From Octopus sinensis (Eukaryota), in assembly GCF_006345805.1 (NCBI RefSeq), contig NC_043002.1, forward strand, positions 63,674,001 through 63,738,000: 64,000 nt of DNA. The letters run 5' to 3'. Numbering within the stretch: the stretch's first letter is position 1; every line of letters starts with the position of its first letter. The notes beneath the pieces are model-generated. The model did no database searches and was not told the origin of the DNA. It saw only the letters and a list, made by a program, of their open reading frames with translations. Shown here one piece after another: positions 52,569-64,000 of the stretch. Made by a program: the position numbers and the translations under genes.

Positions 52569-54167
52569 TATATTGGAATTTACCCAAGGTTGTGACAAAT
52601 GTCAACAGGCTTGCCTTAAAGCAGCACTTATCTTAAAGAGAGCATATCGTCTTCTATATAAGGAAAATGGCTGACACACGAAGAGATCAATATATTATAT
52701 AAAATAATTTTGAAGATAATATAATTTCGAAATGAGCAATTTTACACAACTAAGACACACGTGGACCTACGGTGAACGCAATTACTTATATGGAGATGCT
52801 TTTTTATGTGTATGAAAATGTGGAAAGAAAAGTGTATAGTACATGGCAGCACCAAAATAACTAAATTTCAAAAATGTTCCTAATTACTGACTAGAGTATA
52901 GTCGCAGTGAAATTTAGTTCCTTTTCCCCCTTCATTTTCTGGTGTTTTACTCTTTTTTTCTTTCCTTTTTCCAGATCTTTTCTGTATGGCTGCCAACATC
53001 AATTCTGTTCGAATTGATTTCATATTCATCATAATGATACACTTTTGTAGGTTAAATAATGGTGGGAAAATAATTTTGCTATAAGTCAGTATATAAAGAG
53101 GTATCAGTAGTTAAAGTTTGAAAAGTTTGGTAAATTTAGCCTGTCGTAAGCCACAGTCACATTCATGACTGCTTCGATAGTAAAAAGCGGTACATGAAAA
53201 CTATTTTGCTTGTTGCAAACGTAACAGTCTTTGAAAAGCCTGTGAGAAAACAGGTGTTGATAGCATTCTTTGAAAAGTATTTTACCTGTGAAGAAGCAGG
53301 TTTTGATTATTAATTGAAAGTATTTCTAACTTGCGTTTTCAATTTCAAAAATATTTTGTAATGTGTTGCTTATTGTGAGCTTAAATGTTTGTTTTGTAAA
53401 CATATTTCGTTCACTCTTAACATCATATATAACATATAAATATGTACAACTTTTAGAACATTGTCATTGTATACGATTTTACTGGCAATTTTTTTAATTA
53501 ACATAAAAATTTATTTACGTAAAATAAAATTATCGGAGAACTTTCATCTAATTATTCCAAATCTTATTGTTAAAAACTGTAATGTGTTTATCTCATATAA
53601 CGCGTTGTTTATCGCATTTGCAATTAGCATTGAGATTGTTGTGAGGCGTACTAAAAGCAACAGCTAAATAAAATTTATTTACATGAAAAAAATTACCGGA
53701 GACATAACACGTGTTGTTTACAAATATTGACAACAAATACTATTTTCGGGTGTCGACGACAAAATGCGGACACACGCACAAAATGATACCTTCCAAATCC
53801 GGTTTCCTGACTGGATGAAAATGATAAAAATTTAAACCTCTATAACTTAAAAACAAAAACGTTTTTCTGGAAAAAATGAAATAACTCCAGCAATTCAGTC
53901 TGGGCAATATATTATTTTGCCAAATTTTTAAGTTTTCACTAAACTTAAATTTTTGATATGCTGGCAGCAATTAAAGACCTACGACTGTATACAGTGAGTT
54001 TCGTTGCTCTAGTTGTAGGGAAGACACTCGGTAAGATATGGAAACAAAATTGAAAGAAGAGGAAAACAATAATAATAATCATAATATTAACAACAACAAC
54101 AGCAACAACAACAACAACAATAATAATAATAATAATAATGATAATAATAATAATAATAATAATAATA

Positions 54168-54237
<70 letters not shown>

Positions 54238-54594
54238 AAGAAGAAGAAAAAGAAGAAGAAGAACGATACAGATGATGAGGTTGTCATTATCGTCTGTAAT
54301 TTTGTAAGTGTTGATGAAAATACCGAAATGGATTTTAAATGAAAACAAGAAAATTTGATGGTGACGTTGATGATGATCGTGGTGGTAATAAACTTCGTCT
54401 CTTTTTCTTTACCAGGAGAATAATTACAATGACAATTATGATATTTAGAAAATTAAAGACGAAGACACACAATCCTCCACCACCTCGCTCCCCTTCTCCG
54501 CCTACATCTGCTCCTGCTTCTGCTACTATTACTACTACTACTAATAATAATTATAATTATAATATTTATAACAATCACAACTGCAACAATAATT

Positions 54595-54683
<89 letters not shown>

Positions 54684-56589
54684 GAGGAGGGCTGAAGGAA
54701 AGAGAAGAAGCAAATTTATTTAGGGGCGATATTAACAATGCTAAAAACAATTATAATTTTAAACAAGAAATATAGAAGGATAATGACAATAAATGCGTTG
54801 AAAATACATTCAACAAAATTAATTAATGAATTTTAATGAAATAAGCTTTTAAATGACGAAAATAAATTACGTTTAAAAATAAAATTTTATCACATGACAT
54901 GAGAAAGATTTTATATTTTTAACTTCTGCTGCCATGTCACATTGCATAATTAAATTAAAAGGACGACGACGATGACGGCGATGAGGAGGAGGGGGAGGAT
55001 GACTACGATGATGATTATGGTGATTATTATTTCTGCTTCCATTTGGTTTGCCTTCTTCATATGAATTATTAGTTGCGATGGCGACAGAGACCGAAGTTGT
55101 CGAGAAAAGAGAAAGGAACATATTCACGACAAAAATAAACGCTAAACACTGGAAATTTCCACAAGGTGTGAATGAGAGATCAACAGTAATTATAAACACA
55201 TAATTATAGGTAAAATTTAAAAAAAAACTTAAGTAACGGTACATGCAAAACACAGAGAAAGGAAGGAATCAGGGAAATAAAGAGGCATGTTTAGAAGCTT
55301 ATTTGAGACAATTTGACACAAAATAGCAAAGTGCTCCTCCATATACTTAGCAAACCTAAAGTTTTAAAGCTAATATAATCTCATTTCATTAGATTTAACA
55401 CCTTTCAAATACATCATAATAGTGTTGTACGTGCAGTCTAGCCAAAGTGTCATAGTTTCTGATTTTTAAAAGAATGTGGAGATTTGATGTATAAGTGGAA
55501 ACTCTACCATCCAAAATTTAGAATGTTTCTAAAATGCATCGTCCAAAGTATTTAGTGCCTAGCGTAAAGAATCTGGAGTAGTATTATCTTTACGATAAAC
55601 TCGGCTAACAGAAAAATTCACACCATTCCATTTGTCTGCAACGTAATTGGCACTAATTAACCCTGCACGTAAACTGAATGAAATGCGTTCAGCATGATTG
55701 CAATAGCGTAATAAATGACATTAACACCACCATGCCTGAAGGATAGAGCGTATAAGACATTTCGGCACAACCGATTTGGCATTGAATGATTATGGCGTCG
55801 GTGATTCCCCGCTGGTTTATTTGAAGCCAGACGTTTCATTTTCGCTCGTTTTCTCAAACCATCCAACTTTCTTTCTACCTCTCAATTTCTTTGTTTCTCC
55901 TCTCTTTACAATAAAAATGATGAGGTTGCCATTATTATCCGTAATTATGTAAGCGTTGAGGAAAATTACAGAAATGGATTTTAAACGAAAACAAAATACA
56001 AAGAAAACTTGATGATGGCGTTGATGAACGTGATAACATTAAACTCCGTCTTTTTGCATTATTATGATGACAATTATTATGTTTAGAGAATTAAAGATAA
56101 AAATATATACGCGTTTATGCGTAGGAGAAAAGATAAAGTCTTTAAGTCAAACTTGTTCAATTAAGAAATTGAAATACACCTCTCTTTCTCTCTCTCTCTC
56201 TCTCTTTCTCTCTCACTCTCTCCATACACACGCACTTTCACACATACACAAACACTTTCAACTGCTTTCTTTACGTTTCTCCAGAAAATTCGAAAGGCAA
56301 TGTGTAATATCGACGCTTCATGCATACTCCAAAAAATCGAATACGCGCCGCTTATTATTTTATAAGTCTTGACCAATATATGTAACCTCAGACTATAAGT
56401 GATACCAAACAATTAAAAAAATTAATAATATTGTTCTTCGGTTAGTTTAAATGTGTCCCGAATTTTACACGGTGTCTATAGGGACTTTTATGAATTTTGA
56501 AGGAAACATATTTGAATCGTATTCAAGGAGAAAAAAATTATGACAATTTTGATATGAAAGCGATAACTCAGATTCTGCTATTCTTGTGT

Positions 56590-57689
56590 ATGATAACAAT
56601 AATCAGATTGATGATAATACTAGTGGTGGTGGTGGTGGTTTTGGTTGTACTGTTGCTGCTGCTGCTGCTGATGATGATGATCGTAATGCGAATGACCAGG
56701 GTGATCATGATTCTGATGATTAGAATGATGATGATCATCATTACGACAACGACGACGTCAACAATGATGATGATGTTGATGTTGATTATGATGATGTTGA
56801 TATTGCTACTGCTGCAGATAGTGATGATTATGAAAATTTAGCGAAGGACGTGTAGGAAAAGAAAAAGAAGAGTGTGGCGATGATGTTGGATATGGCAATG
56901 GCGACGACCACGACCATGACGAGGGTGATGATGATAATCATGATCATGACGATGATGACGATGATGATGATGATGATGATGATGATAATGATAATGATGA
57001 GGTGGAGGAAGTGAAGGAGGAGGAGGACGACGACGATGATGATGCTGAAGGCATTGATGTTATTTTTGATGAAGATTAGAAGAGAGAAATTTAGAAAGAG
57101 TCAGGTGTGTAATAATGACAAAACTATACAACAACATTGAATGAGGTGTGCCATATTTTGTTTCTTGGGATAAAGCAGATTTGAAATATGATAAAGAAGA
57201 ATATGACAAAGAAGCTGCTATTAGTCTTTACAATTATGATGATAATGATGATTATGATGATGATGATGGTACTGCTGCTGAGGGGATGATTAATAACGCC
57301 ACAGAAATGAATAGGTTAAAATAAACAATATAAAGACGATGATACTGATAATAATGAGTAAATGTAGAAAATGAAAGCAAACAAAATATTAGAGCGTTTT
57401 TTGAGGCACATTTTGCAGATGATGATAAGAATGAATATTGAGGATGATATAATAAACAGGAAACTGGTGGGGGTAAAAAAAATTGGTGCAGTTGTGGGGT
57501 TTCTCGAACCTGTTGTCGTAAATATGGTGGTGAAGATAATGATAAGGAAGTGATGAGGTTAAAGATAATGGTGAACATATTGCAACTGGCATAGATAGGA
57601 TTATAGTATTGCTGTTCTTGGTGTTGATGACAGTGGCGGAGGTAGGGGTGATGATGATGATGAAGAGGAGTAAAGTGCTGAGATAAGGG

Positions 57690-57730
<41 letters not shown>

Positions 57731-57780
57731 AGGCGAAGGTGGAGGTTGAAGGTGATGACATTAGCGTTGATATGTTGATA
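56590..57780. repeat. Degenerate (GAT)n-rich low-complexity region
   Basis: Direct inspection. Confidence 0.85.
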
Positions 57781-58008
57781 TGCAGATAATAGAATTAACA
57801 AGCAGAGTTGAGAAGATTACGAAAGCAGAAAGGGAGGAATCCATTATTTTCGGAATATTTTCTTCAGAATTGATTAATTCCAATCATCCTCTTAACGCAC
57901 ATTATGTCGTTATAAACGCTGACACATATTTACATACAGACATATATCTATATACATATATATATTTAAGCAAACACGCACATACCCACACACATATGTA
58001 TGTGTGTG

Positions 58009-58093
<85 letters not shown>

Positions 58094-58214
58094 TGGGTGG
58101 GGCAGAGAGGAAGGAAGTTTTTGAAATATTAACAAAATCATTAATTTTAGCTGCAAACAAATTTTATTGACATCAATGATTTTGTATTGATTTACCATTT
58201 GTCAATGGTAAGTG

Positions 58215-59200
58215 CGGAAAATAACATCCATCATGTGGTGTCCGTTTTCATTGATGCATTTTTAAAAGAGTTCTTGGAATTTGGGTCCACTGTCTCCTAC
58301 ATTGCTCTCTCGATTTGAACGGCTTTCGTGTGAATATCTTCCTTCATATCGTCTAATGTACGGGGCGAAGGCACATATACACCAGCCTTGAGGTGTCCCC
58401 ATAGATCATGGGACCAACGGGGCCAAAGAATGTCACCAAACCTGGAAATGAGCCAGTCGGCGAAGAGAGGGCGAAGAACGTCCATTAATGCTCTGGCTGT
58501 GTGGGCCGTCGCCCCATCCTGCTGAAACCACACACGTCAAAGAGGCATAGGTATTCGTTGTAATTCAAGCACAAATAATTTGCTTATCTCTCCATGTAAC
58601 GCTCAAAGTTCGCAGTAACAGCATCTCCATTATTGTCTTCAAATAAAGTAAGGACCAATGACGGCAGGTTCTCAAACAGCACACAAGGCCGTCACTTTTT
58701 GGCTGAGCAGTGGTATTTCGTGCAGTTCTCGGATTTTTAAGAGCCCAATAACGACGGTTCTGTTGTTATCCCATGCCACTGAGATAAAAATGTGCTTCAT
58801 TCCTCATTAACAACATGAATCTGTCATTTGCCTCAAAAATTGCTTCCAACTGCAGTGTGAAGTTAAGCTCCTGTCCATTGTCCCATGGTTTCAACTGTTG
58901 GCCACTGACCAATATGTACGGGTAGAAATGCAGGTCTTTATGCAAAATATGTCTTACCGATCGATTACCGATGAAGAAGTCCAGTGGAATGCCTCCGCGC
59001 AGAGCAATTCGGGCACCATACGAAAAGTTGTCTGAGATGTTCCGAGATCCTAATCGTTCGTCGGTCATCGATTCATTAATGTAGCCCTTGTACAAAGTGT
59101 TTGGTGCATTCCGTTGCGTGCAGACACTGAGGATCATTACACGTCCTAAATTATGTACAAATTATGTAGAAATCATAACACTTCTGTTATCGTTTTTGAT
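58215..59200 (-). mobile_element. Decayed mariner-like transposase, probably DD41D (rosa/Visitor type)
   Basis: RSVRHILHKDLHFYPY..LLMRNEAHFYL; WFQQDGATAHTARALMDVLRPLFADWLISRFGDILWPRWSHDL|WGHLK. The third Asp segment is deleted; 38 residues to SxDL plus the usual three gives 41. Confidence 0.75.
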
Positions 59201-60169
59201 GGAATTGACTGAACTCAATGAACAGCACTTACCTCTCTTGTGGTTATGTTTTGTGAGTGCAGAGTGCAGAAACTCCAGTGGTAGTGTTGTTGGTATTAGG
59301 GCTAATATTTATGTAAATATAAGGCATTTCAGAAATTCGTATATTTTTCTTCCGTTTAAAAGGCTACAATAGAGGAAGGAGGGAATATTTGTCTGAAATG
59401 ACGATTTATTTTTCTGAAATATGCCAGTGAATCTCATGCAACACTTGAAATGGCAGCAAAACTTCGGTGCCATTTAATCTCGAATTTTATTTGTGGACGT
59501 TTGACTTTCCTTCCGAATTTTACGTAAGTCATTTGTGAGTTTCTTTCAACATAATAAACTATAACCGCGATTGACATAATGGTGTACAAAAGCTTTTACA
59601 TGTTTCTAGTATTACCTTATATCAGTACAAATCCCTGTTAACCTCAAAAACTGGGGTTTCGAATTTGACATAATTGTAAGACGTGAACGATTGGAGTGGC
59701 GATGAAGTTAGATATGAAATAACGCGGTGTTTAAAAGTAAATCTGACTCTATTCGGACTTCCGAAATATTAATTTTGTGTCCAAGGATTGGACACAATTT
59801 CTGGAAACCTAGAGGAGAATTTTGCATTGGACATACAACAATACTTGTTTTGAAAAATATTCACAAAATTGCAAAAGTTATCCAGCCAAAATGTTCAGGT
59901 GTAAACGATGTCATAAATACACCGTACGTAGAGAGTTGCTTCATGACCATGCATTAAGTTTTTGCATTAATTGAGTCTCAAATTTGGTCAAGGATACGTT
60001 TTCGAAATTGCTTGTTATAGATATACGTCTCGCTATGGTTTATGCTGTCGTCTAGCTGCAAAATTCATGTCCAAACTTCCTTCTGGTATGTTGTATCAAA
60101 AACCTCAATAGTTTACAATGGAAATTAGATGGAAAACTCTTGTTTAACCGCATTTATAGAAATAAAATA

Positions 60170-60433
60170 GAAAACTACAAGACCTAGTCATTGAATTACA
60201 GAGACTTTAGAAAGAGCAGCTAAAATGTATCCCAATAGTTGCATTGGGAACTATCCTTAAAGATTTGAAGAGAACAATAGATGAAATACGCATAAAACGC
60301 AGTTTAGTACAGCAGCAGAAACAGCATTAGTAGAGACAACTAGGATACTTAGGAAAGTTCTTGGCATCTAAGGTTATTTGTTGTAGACCGATGTTAGGAT
60401 TTTTGTTTCTCCAACATTCTAATCTGATGCGTG

Positions 60434-60435
<2 letters not shown>
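60170..60435 (+). mobile_element. 3' end of another R4/Dong-like LINE family ending in (TAA)n
   Basis: LQDLVIELQRL*KEQLKCIPIVALGTI...; after a frameshift TALVETTRILRKVLGI*; short UTR then (TAA)n. Confidence 0.8.
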
Positions 60436-60495
<60 letters not shown>

Positions 60496-60499
60496 TCCT

Positions 60500-60625
60500 A
60501 TAGACACATGGCCTGAATTTTGGTAGGAGGAGCACTAGTCGATTATATCGATCTCAGTGTTTCACTGGTACTTAATTTAGCGACCCCCAGATGATGAAAG
60601 GCAATGTCGACTTCGGCGGGATGGC
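60500..60625 (-). mobile_element. Partial SINE family B
   Basis: ggtacttaatttagcgaccccc..gatgaaaggcaatgtcgacttcggcggga. Confidence 0.7.
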
Positions 60626-60665
60626 AATGGTAATTCCAATTACCGTTATTGTTGCTGTTGTTTAG

Positions 60666-60723
<58 letters not shown>

Positions 60724-61293
60724 CGTGATGAGGGTCCTCACGTTTCCCGTGAGAAAAATTGAGTATTTCCCACGCATACATATATGAGTTCATTTCAAGG
60801 GGTTTTTTTTTCCATTCTAGAACCTAATTTATATTACGAATTTCTGAAATCTTCGACATCAACCAAATAATAAGGAAAAATCGCGCGACAGAATTTGAAG
60901 GTTAAAAATTGTATTTATAACAATCAAGAATAATGTGAAGCATGAAAGAGACATCATCCTAACATTAGAAGGTCATAAGCAAAATTCCATTAATTGAACT
61001 TCCTTAAGAATGCATTAAATGAAATGTCGAATTACGATGGTCTGTTTCCATGTCAAATATGTTATGTAATAGATATAGAGGACGTCATTTCATAGACACA
61101 GCTCATAAAAGAATCGATAGCTACATTTTAGCACACATAGCAAACAGGTGGCTACTAAAATATACTCAAAGATCATTGATAATGTGTGCGCGACAGTGTG
61201 TTTGTGTGTGTGTGTATGTGTAGAGGAAGAAAAAACATAGATAAATCTCTGATTTAACATGTGTACGTGTGTATATATATCTTTGTTCTTTGT

Positions 61294-61694
61294 TCTTTTA
61301 CTTGTTTCAGTCATTTGACAGCGGCCATGCTGGAGTACCACCTTTAATCGAGCAAATCGACCCCAGAACTTATTCTTTGTAAGCCTAGTACTTATTCTAT
61401 CGGTCTCTTTTGCCGAACCGCTAAGTTACGGGGACATAAACACACCAGCACCGGTTGTCAAGCGATGTTGGGGGGACAAACACAGACATACAAACATACA
61501 CACACAGATACATATACATACATATATACATATATACGACGGGCTTCTTCCAGTTTCCGTCTACCAAATCCACTCACAAGGCTTTGGTTGAACCGAGGCT
61601 ATAGTAGAAGACACTTGCCCAAGTCGCCAAGCAGTGGGACTGAATCCGGAACCATGTGGTTGGTAAGCAAGCTACTTACCACACAGCCACTCCT
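61294..61694 (-). mobile_element. Full-length SINE family A
   Basis: Reverse-complement homologue of 6551-6924. Confidence 0.9.
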
Positions 61695-61698
61695 ATAC

Positions 61699-61757
<59 letters not shown>

Positions 61758-61791
61758 CACGTTCACACATGCACATATATATGTACATATT

Positions 61792-61869
<78 letters not shown>

Positions 61870-62069
61870 TTGATGCAAAAGCAGGTGTGGTGTGGACAGA
61901 GAGATCCACAGATATACAGAACGTTAGATAAATATGCATATAATAAATATATGTATATATATATGTGTGTGTGTGTAAATACACACACACTAATACATAC
62001 AAACACACACATATATTCTCATATGTATCTGTTTATGGTGGTTGTTTTTTATAGTAGCTTCACTTACTA

Positions 62070-62830
62070 GCAGTCAAGAAATCTTCCGAAGCTAACATTC
62101 TCGAAAAAAACAGACATGCCATATATCGATGGGCTCAAGAAAGGAACATCCAATTCATTGCAATTAATTTCCAAGCACGTCACTATCAACTATTTAGTGC
62201 TCCTGTGCCTCAAGAGCGATACTCTTGGACGAACAGAAGCGGCATTCACAGAGGGAAATACAGGATGCGTTGATATGAGCAACGACACCTCGTTTCAGGT
62301 GCATATCATCAAGATTGTGGCAACGTGCAAGTAAATGACCGGATGGGTTCTAAGAAGCTTTAGAACAAGGAGCTAGTAAATGATGCTTTCAACTCTGTCT
62401 AATAAATAGTGGAACATGGAGCAGTTCAGCAATGCTAGACCAGGAAGACAGCATCAGTGGAACAATTGATCCGCTGGGAAAGATTGAACGAGTTCTGACT
62501 CTACGTCCTGAATCAACGATGACAAAGGTATGCAGTGACATACATATGGAGAATCCAAGAGGGTTTGGCACCAAAGTTTGGCATGAAAAACTATACTAAC
62601 CCCCAGACAGGACGTCATTGTACTACTCCAAATATCTCAGCTATACCATTTACACTAAGGACCATATACTTAAAACTCATCGGCTCACAGCTATTTAATG
62701 CCTTGCGAAAACATCTGAAGGATCTTCGTACAGTAAGTATAGTAGTTTTCAACGTCACAAATGAACCTATATCACGAAAGATACTAAGAAAGACAGCGGT
62801 GTTGAACTCCACCCATAGCCAAAAGCCGAT
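62070..62830 (+). mobile_element. Decayed CR1/L2-type LINE 3' region
   Basis: YRWAQERNIQF, MTGWVLRSFRTR, WERLNEF*LY..QRYAVTYIWRIQEGLAPKFG, GSQLFNALRKHLKDL. Confidence 0.75.
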
Positions 62831-63143
62831 CGCATAAGAATGGCCACAGAAAAGGTGATTAAACTGGACGATGTTATACGAATATAAATAAAAAAATTAT
62901 ACAAAAAAAAACATATTATTAATAATAACAGGACATAACAACAGGCGTCCCTCGACTGGAGAAGAATTGAATTCAGCTGGCGTGTTGGGAATTAAGCCTT
63001 ACGGCAGAGGAAATACTCGATGTGACAGTGACCGTGGTCCAACGCAAAAGGACTTGTTACACTTTTTTATCACTCTTCTCTTCTCACGTGACCGTTGGTC
63101 GACTGCTAGTCCTTTCGATATTCGGTAAAAACTTATACAAAAA

Positions 63144-63239
<96 letters not shown>

Positions 63240-63261
63240 TATATATAATTATAATTATAAC

Positions 63262-63350
63262 TATAACTAAGGGTTTAGCAACACGTTGCTACACAACATA
63301 CCGAAAATCTAGAAGTAACAGCCAAAAGATTGTTATTTCTTTTCACTACA
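63262..63350. repeat. Diverged copy of the outer end of the 41735-42431 fold-back arm
   Basis: taagggtttagcaacacgttgctacacaacataccgaaaatctagaagtaacagccaaaag versus taagggttcagcaacgaattgccttaccacataccgaatttagaaatagcagtcaaag. Confidence 0.6.
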
Positions 63351-63810
63351 AAATATGACTCCACATATTACAATATTTGTAACTCACACAGGCATAGTCG
63401 AAGTAAAGCTTTTGATTCCATATTATAAAAATGACTGATGAACATGATGAACATAATTTGTATGACTATTCGTGTTTGTGAAAATAAGATGGGGTAATTA
63501 AAATATATACACATGCCAATTCGCATATTCGGATAGTCTATAAAATTACGTAACAAATAATGAAATCTTTTGAAGTACTAAATATATTAAGATGACTTTT
63601 AAATCGTATATATTGTTGTCTGCGAGGAGTAATTCTCTTTACGTGCATTGTTTAACTCACTCATCCGTTCGATTTCCACACATGTACTTACATATTCTTT
63701 CTAAAAGAATAGTGTCTTCAATAGTCGTTGAGATACATACACACACACTCTCTCTCTCTCCGTCTACATATATATATATATATTCACTTATTTGTGTATA
63801 TTTGTTCGTC

Positions 63811-63865
<55 letters not shown>

Positions 63866-63939
63866 CTATGCATTTTTGTATGTATGTACATATGTATCTA
63901 TCAATATGTCTATCTTCCTATCAATATACTTATATTTAT

Positions 63940-63970
<31 letters not shown>

Positions 63971-64000
63971 CATACATACATACATACATATATATATATA

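Noticed and set aside
52940-53105. Polypyrimidine tract plus AG acceptors at ~52974 and ~53050 with a possible donor near 53100
   Set aside because: No convincing reading frame or partner exons; such signals are common in AT-rich DNA.

Overview
This is repeat-dominated, AT-rich eukaryotic DNA. It is most likely intronic or intergenic sequence from an octopus or other coleoid cephalopod, inferred from the recurring tRNA-derived SINE families and very dense (TA)n, (TAA)n, (GATA)n and (CA)n arrays. I found no host protein-coding exon I can support, and nearly all tracked ORFs are microsatellite artefacts. The interpretable content is transposon-derived. It includes several tRNA-SINE families, four relics of R4/Dong-like restriction-endonuclease LINEs (three sitting at (TAA)n), a ~555-bp non-coding element also flanked by (TAA)n, CR1-like LINE relics and Penelope-like element (PLE) relics. 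DNA transposons comprise a near-complete frameshifted DD34E Tc1 with IR/DR ends, a divergent IS630/Tc1-like element with long TIRs, mariner relics, and a Helitron/Lep1-like non-autonomous element nested inside a SINE. The most notable signal is a set of type I hammerhead ribozyme motifs with palindromic helix III. The best lies in a 340-bp-arm near-perfect fold-back (41735-42431) that places an apparently intact hammerhead on each strand. All family names come from my recognition of motifs, not from database searches.
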